Assembly: GCF_006345805.1 (NCBI RefSeq)
Contig: NC_043000.1
Span: forward strand, 18,352,001-18,416,000
Length of the DNA stretch: 64,000 bases
Source of the DNA: Octopus sinensis
Taxonomy: Eukaryota
Direction: 5' to 3'
The position numbers and the translations under genes are program-made. Under the pieces are notes generated by a model. That model was not told the DNA's origin, made no database searches, and saw only the letters and a program-made list of their open reading frames with translations. Positions 54,166-64,000 of this stretch are shown here, piece after piece. Each line of letters opens with the position of its first letter. Within the stretch, counting starts at the first letter, position 1.

Positions 54166-54408
54166 GTTTCATATTTGTTTTCCATGTTGACGTGAGATGG
54201 ATGAGTTTTTTACAGTCTGAGTCAGTTCTTATTCAGAATTACAATAAGAACTTATACAAACTTCTATATTGATGTCTGTCTCTCTCTTTATCCCCCCCCC
54301 CACCCCCTCTCTCATTCTCCCTCCAATCAAAGCCTTTTGAGTGGACTTGAGAGACGGAAACTGAAAGAAACCTATCAGATTTACATAAATAAATAAATAA
54401 ATAAATAT

Positions 54409-54409
<1 letters not shown>

Positions 54410-54447
<38 letters not shown>

Positions 54448-54740
54448 GTTTAACGTCCGTTCTCCATGCTAGCATGGGTTGGACGGTTCGATCGGGGATC
54501 TGGGAAGCCAGAAGGCTGCACCAGGCTCCGGTCTTATCTGGCAGTGTTTCTACAGCTGGATGCCCTTCCTAGCACCAACCACTCCGTGAGTGTAGTGGGT
54601 GCTTTTTACGTGCCACCTGCACTGGTGCCAGGCGAGGCTGGCATCGGCCACGGTCGGATTGGTGCATTTTACGTGCCACCTGCACGGAAGCCAGTCGAGG
54701 CGGCGCTGGCATCGGCCACGATTCGGATAGTGCTTTTTAA
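54410..54740 (-). mobile_element. (GAT)n-tailed LINE 3' end, young subfamily
   Basis: Near-identical to 8633-8995. Confidence 0.88.
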
Positions 54741-55206
54741 GTATTAGTGCTTTTTACGTATTAGTGCTTTTTAAGTATTAGTGCTTTTTACGTATTAGTG
54801 CTTTTTAAGTATTAGTGCTTTTTACGTATTAGTGCTTTTTACGTATTAGTGCTTTTTACGTATTAGTGCTTTTTAAGTATTAGTGCTTTTTACGTATTAG
54901 TGCTTTTTACGTATTAGTGCTTTTTACGTATTAGTGCTTTTTACGTATCAGTGCTTTTTAAGTATTAGTGCTTTTTACGTATTAGTGCTTTTTACGTATT
55001 AGTGCTTTTTACGTATCAGTGCTTTTTAAGTATTAGTGCTTTTTACGTATTAGTGCTTTTTACGTATTAGTGCTTTTTACGTATTAGTGCTTTTTACGTA
55101 TTAGTGCTTTTTACGTATCAGTGCTTTTTAAGTATTAGTGCTTTTTACGTATTAGTGCTTTTTACGTATAGTGCATTTTATGTATCCATAGTGCTTTTTT
55201 ACGTAT
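54728..55206. repeat. 17-bp minisatellite (tagtgctttttacgtat), about 28 units
   Basis: Direct reading; variants with aagtat and cagtg. Confidence 0.95.
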
Positions 55207-55613
55207 TATATATATATATATATATTATTATATATATATATATATATATTATTATATATATATATATATGTTGCAGTAGAGATAAAAAATCTTTATATAC
55301 GCATGCTGACATATGACCAACGTTGAACCCCTTATTCACATAATCACCAAACCTGGACCTTAACTGCAATCCATCTATAGCACTTATTCAGCATTACTGA
55401 CATCTTTGGGTCTCAATGACACCATTACCTCTTATACACACACAACAACAACACACACACCACATATATAATATATATAGATATATATATATATATATAT
55501 CTATATATATGATATAATGATATAATATATATATATATATATTATATATATATATGTATTATATATATATATATATTATATATAATATATATTATATGTG
55601 TGTGTGTGTGTGT

Positions 55614-55901
55614 GTGGAGGCGCAATGGCCCAGTGGTTAGGGCAGCGGACTCGCGGTCGCAGGATCGCGGTTTCGATTCCCAGACCAGGCGTTGTGAGTG
55701 TTTATTGAGCGAAAACACCTAAAAGCTCTACGACGCTCTGGCAGGGGGGTGGTGATCCCTGCTGTACTCTTTCACCACTCTTTCTTCTGTTAGCCTGCTC
55801 GCTTAGCCAGCGGGGTGGCGTCATTCGAAGGCTAAAACAATGCGAACGCATTGTGACCAGCGATGTGTAACAACATCTGATGGTCTGATCGGTCACGTGA
55901 T

Positions 55902-55908
<7 letters not shown>
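55614..55908 (+). mobile_element. SINE family A, short-tail variant
   Basis: Same head as the long variant; tail ends ggtcacgtgatcacgtgat. Confidence 0.9.
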
Positions 55909-55929
<21 letters not shown>

Positions 55930-55932
<3 letters not shown>

Positions 55933-56117
55933 CAAGATAAGAAAATGGAGAAATACATCTAAATCAGATATCAATTATCAGATAATACTTAATCACATAC
56001 TTTATTAAACCACCACATAAGAGACTGTAGGGTTAAACATAATAAAGTATGTGATTGAGTATTATCTGATAATTGATATTTGATTTAGATGTATTTCTCC
56101 ATTTTCTTATCTTGTAT
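55930..56117. repeat. Near-perfect inverted repeat, 77-bp arms, 34-nt loop
   Basis: tacaagataagaaaatggag..catactttatt / aataaagtatg..ctccattttcttatcttgta, 2 mismatches. Confidence 0.92.
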
Positions 56118-56381
56118 TAGTAATTTGTGGTAAATCATTTTACCTTGCCCATATAATACAGTAAATGAATTGATTGCATCGCAATCATTAACATTTATGC
56201 ATTAACTTTGTTGGGTAGTTCACTAGCAGTATATTGGATATATGTTATCCCATGGAGGGTTGCATTTACAACCCCTATCTCAATTTGTATATATATCATC
56301 ATTATCAATTAGCATCCGTTTTCCATGCTAGCATGGGTATATATATATTTCAGTTCTATATTGAAGAGATGAGGAATTATG

Positions 56382-56567
56382 TACATTATTTACATTATTT
56401 TCATTCATTTGTCCTCATCTTGTTTGTTGTTAACACAATGTTTAGGAATGAGAACACAGATTCCAAAATTTCTCCAAGACACCTGAGAAAGCTGGAGAGT
56501 ATATCAGCTGAAACGTGTTAGCAACAAACAAGATGAGGACAAATATCCATCGAATGTAAATAATGTA
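56382..56567 (+). mobile_element. Penelope-like terminal remnant: inverted arms around a degenerate hammerhead core (56483-56516)
   Basis: ctgagaa-agctg-gagagtatat-cagct-gaaacgt; arms at 56382-56436 and 56515-56567. Confidence 0.55.
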
Positions 56568-56596
56568 TCTATTTATCTGTGTGTGTGTGTGTGTGT

Positions 56597-56987
56597 GTGG
56601 AGGCGCAATGGCCCAGTGGTTAGGGCAACGGACACGCGGTCATAGGATCGCGGTTTCGATTCCCAGACTGGGCATTGTGAGTGTTTATTGAGCGAAAACA
56701 CCTAAAGCTCCACGAGGCTCCGGCAGGGGATGGTGGTGATCCCTGCTGTACTCTTTCACCACAACTTTCTCTTACTTCCTGTTTCTGTTGTACCTGTATT
56801 TCAAAGGGCTGGCCTTGTCACTCTCTGTGTCACTCTCTGTGTCACGCTGAATATCCCCGAGAACTACGTTAAGGGTACACGTGTCTGTGGAGTACTCAGC
56901 TACTTACACGTTAATTTCACGAGCAGGCTGTTCCGTTGATTCGGATCAACCGGAACCCTCATTGTCGTAACCGACGGAGTGCTTCCA
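56597..56987 (+). mobile_element. SINE family A, long tail
   Basis: Family motifs; internal 13-bp duplication gtcactctctgt(g). Confidence 0.9.
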
Positions 56988-57460
56988 GTTCCAGTGTGTG
57001 AGATAGATAGATGATAGATAGATAGATAGATAGATAGAGTGAGAGAGAGAGTGTGTGTGTTTGTCTGCCAGTGTTTGAGCCTTTATGTCCTCGTAAATTA
57101 GCAGTTTGGCAAAAGTGACCGATAGAATAAGTGCAGGCTTTTAAAAGATGAAAATACGTCCTGGGGTCGATTCCTTTGACTAAAATTCTTGAAGGTGGTA
57201 TCCCAGCATGGCTGCTGGCAAATGACTGCATCAAGTGAAAGAAAAAATGATGTGTGTGTGTGTGTGCATGAGTGTGTGTGTATAGATGAATATCTAATTG
57301 CTTGTATGCCTCTGTGTGTGTCTCTGTGTGTCTGTGTGTCTATCTGTATGTATGTATGTAAAGTTAATCCAAACATGAAAGCACAAAAAAACACAACAAT
57401 GGAACAACGTGGAACAAATATAGTATTATTGGACGCTCAGGAAAGAAGGAAAGAAGGAGG

Positions 57461-57495
57461 GTCTAACGTTTCGAGCGGAGCTCTTCGTCGGAAAC
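57461..57495 (-). ncRNA. Minimal type I hammerhead-ribozyme-like motif (Penelope-type), U4 replaced by C
   Basis: Minus strand gttt-CCGACGA-a-gagc-tcc-gctc-GAAAC-GTT-agac. Confidence 0.45.
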
Positions 57496-57574
57496 ATCGG
57501 AGAAGGAAAGATCCAGAGAAGGGAAGACAGAGGGAAAAAAAAATCGCCAACGGTACACATGCGGTCATGCATTA

Positions 57575-58330
57575 TGTATGTATGTATGTATGTATGTATG
57601 TATGTATGTATGTATGTATGTATGTATGTATGTATGTATGTATGTATGTATGTATGTATGTATGTATGTGTGTATGTATGTGTGTATGTATGTATGTATG
57701 TATGTATGTTACGTATGTATTATGTATGTATGTATGGTGTATGTATGTATGTATGTATGTATGTATGTATGTATGTAGTATGTATGTGTGTATGTATGTC
57801 TGTGTGTGTGTATGTATGTATGTATGTATGTATGTATGTATGTATGTATGTATATGTGTGTATGTATGTATGTATGTAGTATGTATGTATGTATGTATGT
57901 ATGTAGTATGTGTTTATGTATGTATGTATGTTGTATGTATGTATGTATGTATGTATGTATGTATGTGTGTATGTATGTATGTATGTATGTATGTATGTAT
58001 GTATGTTTTTTGTGTATTATGTATGTATGTATGTATGTATGTATGTATGTATGTATGTATGTATGTATGTGTGTATGTCTGTATGTATGTAGTACTGTAT
58101 GTATGTATGTATGTATGTATGTGTGTATGTATGTATGTATGTATTATGTATGTATGTATGTATGTATGTATGTATGTATGTGTGTAGTGTATGTATGTAT
58201 GTATGTATGTATGTATGTATGTATGTATGTATGTGTGTGTGTATGTATGTATGTATGTATGTATGTATGTATGTATGTATGTATGTATGTATGTATGTAT
58301 GTGTGTGTGTGCATGCACGTATGTGTATAC
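57575..58330. repeat. (TATG)n microsatellite
   Basis: Direct reading. Confidence 0.95.
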
Positions 58331-58866
58331 ATGTATATATATATGTGTGTGTATGTATGCAATGCATATATGTGTATGTAATGAGGATAAAAATGAGTTG
58401 TATTAATAACTGCACTCTCAGAATATCCAAGCTTATAAAAATGAAACCTCCACATCTAGTTATAAATTAAGCAAGAAATGTTTATCTTACATGCATTACG
58501 TTGTGCAAATGCCAACTGTATCTACCTTATAAAATTAACAACAGTCAGAATGGTTGTAATTTTTAAAAGAACCTTTTTCACAAGCTACCAGTGCATATTA
58601 GCATTCCTTAAGCCTTTAGCATTCAGATAACTTTGTCAAATGCAATCTTTATTTATTCACGTTGTTTTAAATCTTATCAAGCGTTACCTCAAAGATTCAA
58701 GATTTTGATGATGTGATTGTTTATTTTTAGAATAACATTGTAGAATAAATGTAAGAGGTCAGCTCTTGTTGGTTTGAACATGAAATGGGTAGAATATTTT
58801 GGCTGGATAGGGCTGGTTTAGATGTAAAAGGGCTGAGTCAGCAAGTGACCAGAACTGTTTGAGTGT

Positions 58867-58958
58867 CAGGGTTTTAGGGCTAGGGTTAGGGTTTTAGGGT
58901 TAGGGTTAGGGTTAGGGTTCAGGTTTTAGGGTTAGGGTTAGGGTTAGGGTTTTAGGGG
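58867..58958 (+). repeat. Interstitial telomere-like (TTAGGG)n with TTTTAGGG variants
   Basis: About 13 units read directly. Confidence 0.9.
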
Positions 58959-59244
58959 TATGGTTGTCATAAATAACAGTGACAAATGAAAAATATACCG
59001 CCGATAGTTGTTGACAAACAACAGCAGTATTTTTATACAGCTGAATACATGTCATTGATTGGCTGAAATTACCGAAATACGAGAACTTTAACGTGAAATA
59101 ACTTCGTAAATATAAGTTTTTCTCAAAAATGCTAAGAGTAAAAGATATTTTATATGGCACATTCTACCAGTATCTGAAGTTTGAAAGTGTTTAGTTACAA
59201 ATAATTATATTTTAAATCTGTAGGTCAAAAGGTAAAGATCCCTA

Positions 59245-59400
59245 TATTGTTTTTGTCAAGAAACTCACAAGTCAGGAGAGTTCAGTGACCGGGTGCATTG
59301 TCATTGTGAAGAATCCAATTCTTTGCGTTCTACAGATCCATTTGCTTTTACTGAATGTCTTCCCTCAAAACTCTCTGTTATAGAAGAAACTTTTTTTAAG
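59245..59400 (-). pseudogene. mariner-like transposase fragment
   Basis: NAKNWILHNDNAPGH..LLTCEFLDKN (HDNAP motif). Confidence 0.65.
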
Positions 59401-59459
59401 ACCATTTGTTCATTGACTTGCAACAGGCATTGATGTTTAGCAATATTGTTAACATGTTA

Positions 59460-59690
59460 GGCGGCGAACTGGCAGAATCGTGAGCACGCCGGGCGAAATG
59501 CTTAGCGGTATTTCATCTACCGCTACGTTCTGAGTTCAAATTCTGCCGAGGTCGACTTTGCCTTTGCCTTTCATCCTTTCGGGGTCGATTAAATAAGTAC
59601 CAGTTACGCACTTGGGTCGATATAATCGACTTAATCCGTTTGTCTGCCCTTGTTTGTCCCCTCTGTGTGTAGCCCTTGTGGGTAGTAAAA
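59460..59690 (+). mobile_element. SINE family C monomer
   Basis: ggcggcgaactggcagaa head. Confidence 0.85.
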
Positions 59691-60205
59691 ACAAAAATAT
59701 TGTTATTTTGAAAATAAATGTATTTTTTCAGACATATTTTTTAATTGTTTTAATTTTTAATTGTCGATTTTGGCGAGTCTATCTTTTGATGAGTTAACTC
59801 GCCAGAGATAGAAAAAAACGATTTAGGTCAAAATGCATATATTCGTTTCTGCCGGGCAAGGGGTTAAAACATGAAGTATCATAAAATCTGGGACCAGTCT
59901 CGGGTGGGTTGGTATCAAAGCCTGCTGCAGTTGTTAATTATGTCTGCTGGTGTTATTAATGACCCATCTGCTTGTTGTAGAGTCAGTCATTCCTTAGTCA
60001 CTTCAAACTTCTTTCAATGGAAGTCAAAAAGAGGGGTTGTCCCCTATTTCATAAAAAAAAAACAAATTATCAACTCTACTGCTAACACCATTTTCAACCA
60101 AGTCAATCTCATGTCTCATCTAACTCACCCAGGAAAATGAAATTAACAATTTATGTGTTTTAAAATTATATTTTTTACATAATGTGATGTTGAATAATTT
60201 AGTAA

Positions 60206-60207
<2 letters not shown>

Positions 60208-60246
<39 letters not shown>

Positions 60247-60386
60247 CCATCATCATCACCATCATCATCATCATCATCATCATCATCATAATCATCATCA
60301 TCGTCATCGTCATCGTCATCATCATCATCATCATCAAAATCAACATCATCATCATCATCATCACCACCACCACCACCACCACCACC

Positions 60387-60463
<77 letters not shown>

Positions 60464-60760
60464 AATTATTGTCATTATGATCATTGTTATCATCATCAGT
60501 GTTGACATCATCAGTGTTATCATCATCATCATCACCACCATCATCATCATCATCCAGTAGCAGCCACAACAGCAGCGTAAGTGTTGACAGTATTGTCCCC
60601 ATTATCCTCCTTGTAATCAACATTGTTACCATGACCACTGGCGCTATCACCATTGTTATCAGTGGAAGCATTATCTGTGGCATCATCTTCATCATCGTCG
60701 TTATCGTCATTATCGTCGTCGTCGTCATCATCATCATCATCATCATTGCCAGTGGCATCA
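60208..60760. repeat. (CAT)n/(CAC)n compound microsatellite
   Basis: Direct reading. Confidence 0.9.
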
Positions 60761-61070
60761 ACATTGTCAGTGTTGTCCACTCACAAGGCTTAGCTGGCTT
60801 GGAGTGGACTATAGTAGAAGACACTTACCTGAGGTACCATTCAGTGGGACTGAACCCAGAACCATGAGGTTGGGAAGTGAACTTCTTTACGACACTGTGA
60901 AATCTATTTTATTTAATTATGTGATGCTTACAGTGTTTTCTGTAGGTTTGTTGCAGTTTACCATGTACCTCATAAAGTCTATACATCATGTGCTGGTGCC
61001 ACATTAAAAGCACTCATGCTGGTGCCACATTAAAAGCACTCATGCTGGTGTCACATTATAAGCAAAGGTG

Positions 61071-61455
61071 TGGAGGCGCAATGGCCCAGTGGTTAGGGCA
61101 GTGGACTCGCGGTCATAGGATCGCGGTTTCGATTCCTAGACCGGGCGTTGCGAGTGTTTATTGAGCGAAAACACCTAAAAAAGCTCCACGAGGCTCCGGC
61201 AGGGATGGTGGCGAGCCCTGCTGTACTCTTTCACCACAACTTTCTCTCACACTTACTTCCTGTTTCTGTTGTACCTGTATTTCAAAGGGCCGGCCTTGTC
61301 ACTCTCTGTGTCATGCTGAATATTCCCGAGAACTATGTTAAGGGTACATGTGTCTGTGGAGTGCTCAGCCACTTGCACGTTAATTTCACGAGCAGGCTGT
61401 TCTGTTGATTCGGATCAACCGGAACCCTCGTCGTCGTAACCGACGGAGTGCTTCC
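61071..61455 (+). mobile_element. SINE family A, long tail, 13-bp TSD, nested in a (GAT)n-tailed LINE end (about 60985-61690)
   Basis: ataagcaaaggtg at 61058-61070 and 61456-61468. Confidence 0.92.
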
Positions 61456-62016
61456 ATAAGCAAAGGTGCTGGTGCCATGTAAAAAGCACCCAGTACACTC
61501 TATGGAGTGGTTGGCATTAGGAAGGGCATTCGGTTGTAGAAACCATACTAAAACAGACAATGGAGCCTAATGCGATGCCTGACTTTATCAGCTCCAGCCA
61601 AACTGTCCAACCCTTGCTAGTTTGGAAAATGGATGTTAAATGATGATGATGATGATGGCGATGACAATAACAATGATGACGATGATGATTGTATACATAT
61701 ACTATATTAAGCCCCAACATTGGAATGACTTGTACAGTTGGCTAAAATAGCCACTGTCCTTCTTATTAGTACAGTTTTCGTGTGTGTGTTTGTGTTTGTT
61801 TGAAGTCAATGATTCAGTCTGTTGATACTCGAATGGGATGAATCATCAGCTTAGAAAGAACGAATAATTTCTACTACATTGAATGCATTTTTTTTTTATT
61901 TAATCTGAATGTGTATGTGTATGTGTATGTGCATGTCTATATACATACACACATACATACATAAATGTGTGTGTGTCTGCCTGGCTGGCTGTATCTGTGT
62001 GCATATACATTCAAAG

Positions 62017-62069
<53 letters not shown>

Positions 62070-62095
62070 ACATATATACATACACACACACACGC

Positions 62096-62126
<31 letters not shown>

Positions 62127-62404
62127 ATATATATACAGTAATGCTTTGATATGCAAGTTAATTTGGTCCTGGAGAACACTTGTAAAGCAAAACTCATAAA
62201 GCAGACAAATAATTTCTCATAGTAGCCGTTATAAATTGTAATTCATTCCCAGAAAAATATTTTACTTTAAAAATTTATAATACTCATAAATAAATGGCAA
62301 TAAAACAACAGTAGAATCTAAAGAACATTTTATGTAAAGTAAAAAGAATGCCAAGATCATTTGTAATAAAAAAAACATTATTATAATCGTTTTCTGAATC
62401 ACTT

Positions 62405-62640
62405 TCACTTGGCCTGAAGAGTCTTCTCAGGCACAGCAAACCACCAATGGTCTTGATCATTTGTCATTGCTTCTGTGAGACCCAACATCTGAAAATCCTG
62501 CTCAACCACCTTGTCCCAGGCTTTCCTGGATCTACCTCTTCCACAGTTTCTCTGCACAGTTAGAGATTGGTACTTCACTATGCAGCTGTCTTCCTCCGTA
62601 TACCTCACTTGATCATACCAGTGCAGTCTTATCCAAATAC
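62405..62640 (-). mobile_element. RTE/RTEX-like ORF2 C-terminal fragment (same family as 28.5-28.9 kb)
   Basis: [56 protein letters not shown]. Confidence 0.8.
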
Positions 62641-62664
62641 ACACATACACATACTATAGGCAGT

Positions 62665-62685
62665 GATAGATAAATAAATAGATAA

Positions 62686-62727
<42 letters not shown>

Positions 62728-62982
62728 GGATGGATGGATGGATGGATGGATGGATGGATGGATAGATAGATAGATAGATAGGTGGATGGATGGATGGATG
62801 GATGGATGGATGGATGGATGGATGGATAGATAGATAGATAGATAGGTGGATAGACAGATAGGTGGATGGATGGATGGATGGATGGATGGATGGATGGATT
62901 GATGGATGGATGGATGGATGGATGGATGGATGGATGGATGGATGGATGGATGGATGGATGGATAGATAGATAGATAGATATG
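62665..62982. repeat. (GATA)n/(GATG)n array
   Basis: Direct reading. Confidence 0.95.
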
Positions 62983-63311
62983 AACCCTGACCACAAGGAA
63001 GACCCAGTCACTTATGCAAACTTGGAAAACTGAAATTTACAAAAATGGTTGTAATGTAACTGAGAAGTTTAAAGTCTATCATACATGCATATTGTATATG
63101 AATGAAAATTTGTATGTATGTATGATGTGTGTGTGTATTTATGTGTATGTATTTATGTGTGTGTATGTGTATGTGTATGTGTGTGTGTGTGTGAGTGTGT
63201 GTGAGTGTAAACTCTCAAGTCTACTATTACTGCCTCCCCCTGCACTTTGACACCCTTTCACCTCTGTTATCAATTATTCTGCTTTCACTCATGGTTCTTC
63301 ACTCATGTCTT

Positions 63312-63447
63312 CTATCACTCATGTTTCTGTGGCTCACTGCACTATCACTCATGTTTCTGTGGCTCACAACACTTTCACTCATGCCTCTGTGGCTCACAGC
63401 CCTATCACTCATGTTTCTGTGACTCGCAGCACTATCACTGATGTTTC
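63312..63447. repeat. 30-bp minisatellite, about 4.5 copies
   Basis: ctatcactcatgtttctgtggctcactgca starting at 63312, 63342, 63372, 63402, 63432. Confidence 0.9.
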
Positions 63448-63464
63448 ACTTGCTCTTATCTCTC

Positions 63465-64000
63465 TACTAGCAGCATAGCCCGGCGTTGCCCAGGTATGTA
63501 AGAGCCCCTAGTAGGCAACGATTAATCCCAATCTAGTCCTTTCCCTCTAGGGAATGAAGGCACGTGTGTAGGTTGCAATGTCTTCTCTTCACTCGAATAC
63601 TTCTGTGTATACGATGTTCCTAGCTGTCCCTTTGGGCGAAAACATGAAAACATCATTGCGCCTCCCAAGAGAGTTAAAAAGGTCGAGTTGCGTCCCCTAG
63701 ACAGTCTGTGGTTTGTGTTTAATACACAAATCGGTTTGCTATGCGTGCCACATATGATTTAATTAACCGATTTTTTCCAGTAATAAAGTATCCTATCGGA
63801 ATAAAAAGGTCCATATAGCTCCTTAGAGCAGACATGATGCTCGCTGTGAATTAAAAAAAAAAATTCCTGCCAATTTGTGAAAGATATTGTCGAAAATATG
63901 TCATCTTGTATTTGAACGCGATTTCCCAAAATGGCATGATTTTATCGATTTTTTCTGATGGTAAGGTATTGCATGGAAAACTAATGTCAGAATTAAGTTT
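63465..64000 (+). mobile_element. Helitron-like element 5' part (runs off the window)
   Basis: actagcagcatagcccggcgttgcccagg start, like 32245. Confidence 0.5.

Overview
Eukaryotic, AT-rich, repeat-saturated DNA. The SINE/LINE repertoire and extreme microsatellite load point to a coleoid cephalopod, most likely Octopus (inference from recalled repeat families, not a database hit). No host protein-coding gene can be supported, and almost all long ORFs in the track are microsatellite translations. The window holds three tRNA-headed SINE families (my working labels A, B, C) and many 5'-truncated copies of a (GAT)n-tailed LINE 3' end (RTE/RTEX-like, ORF2 tail seen at 28.5-28.9 kb and 62.4-62.6 kb). 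It also contains a 1.9-kb RTE-group LINE with one frameshift, decayed R4/Dong, CR1, L1/Tx1 and RTE fragments, mariner and Tc1 remnants, Helitron-like and TTAA-flanked MITEs, several fold-back elements and large tri/tetranucleotide arrays. The most notable signals are: (1) SINE-C concatemers that reuse the same self-complementary junction (GAAATA|GGTATTTC) at several independent loci, including a 7 x ~184-bp array; (2) two minimal hammerhead-ribozyme-like cores of the Penelope type; (3) a pre-miRNA-shaped hairpin at 46.6 kb; (4) a template-switch duplication at 46-47.7 kb; and (5) a 17-bp minisatellite at a retrotransposon 5' junction. Boundaries were read by eye and are approximate (about +/-10-20 bp) unless tied to a TSD or inverted repeat.
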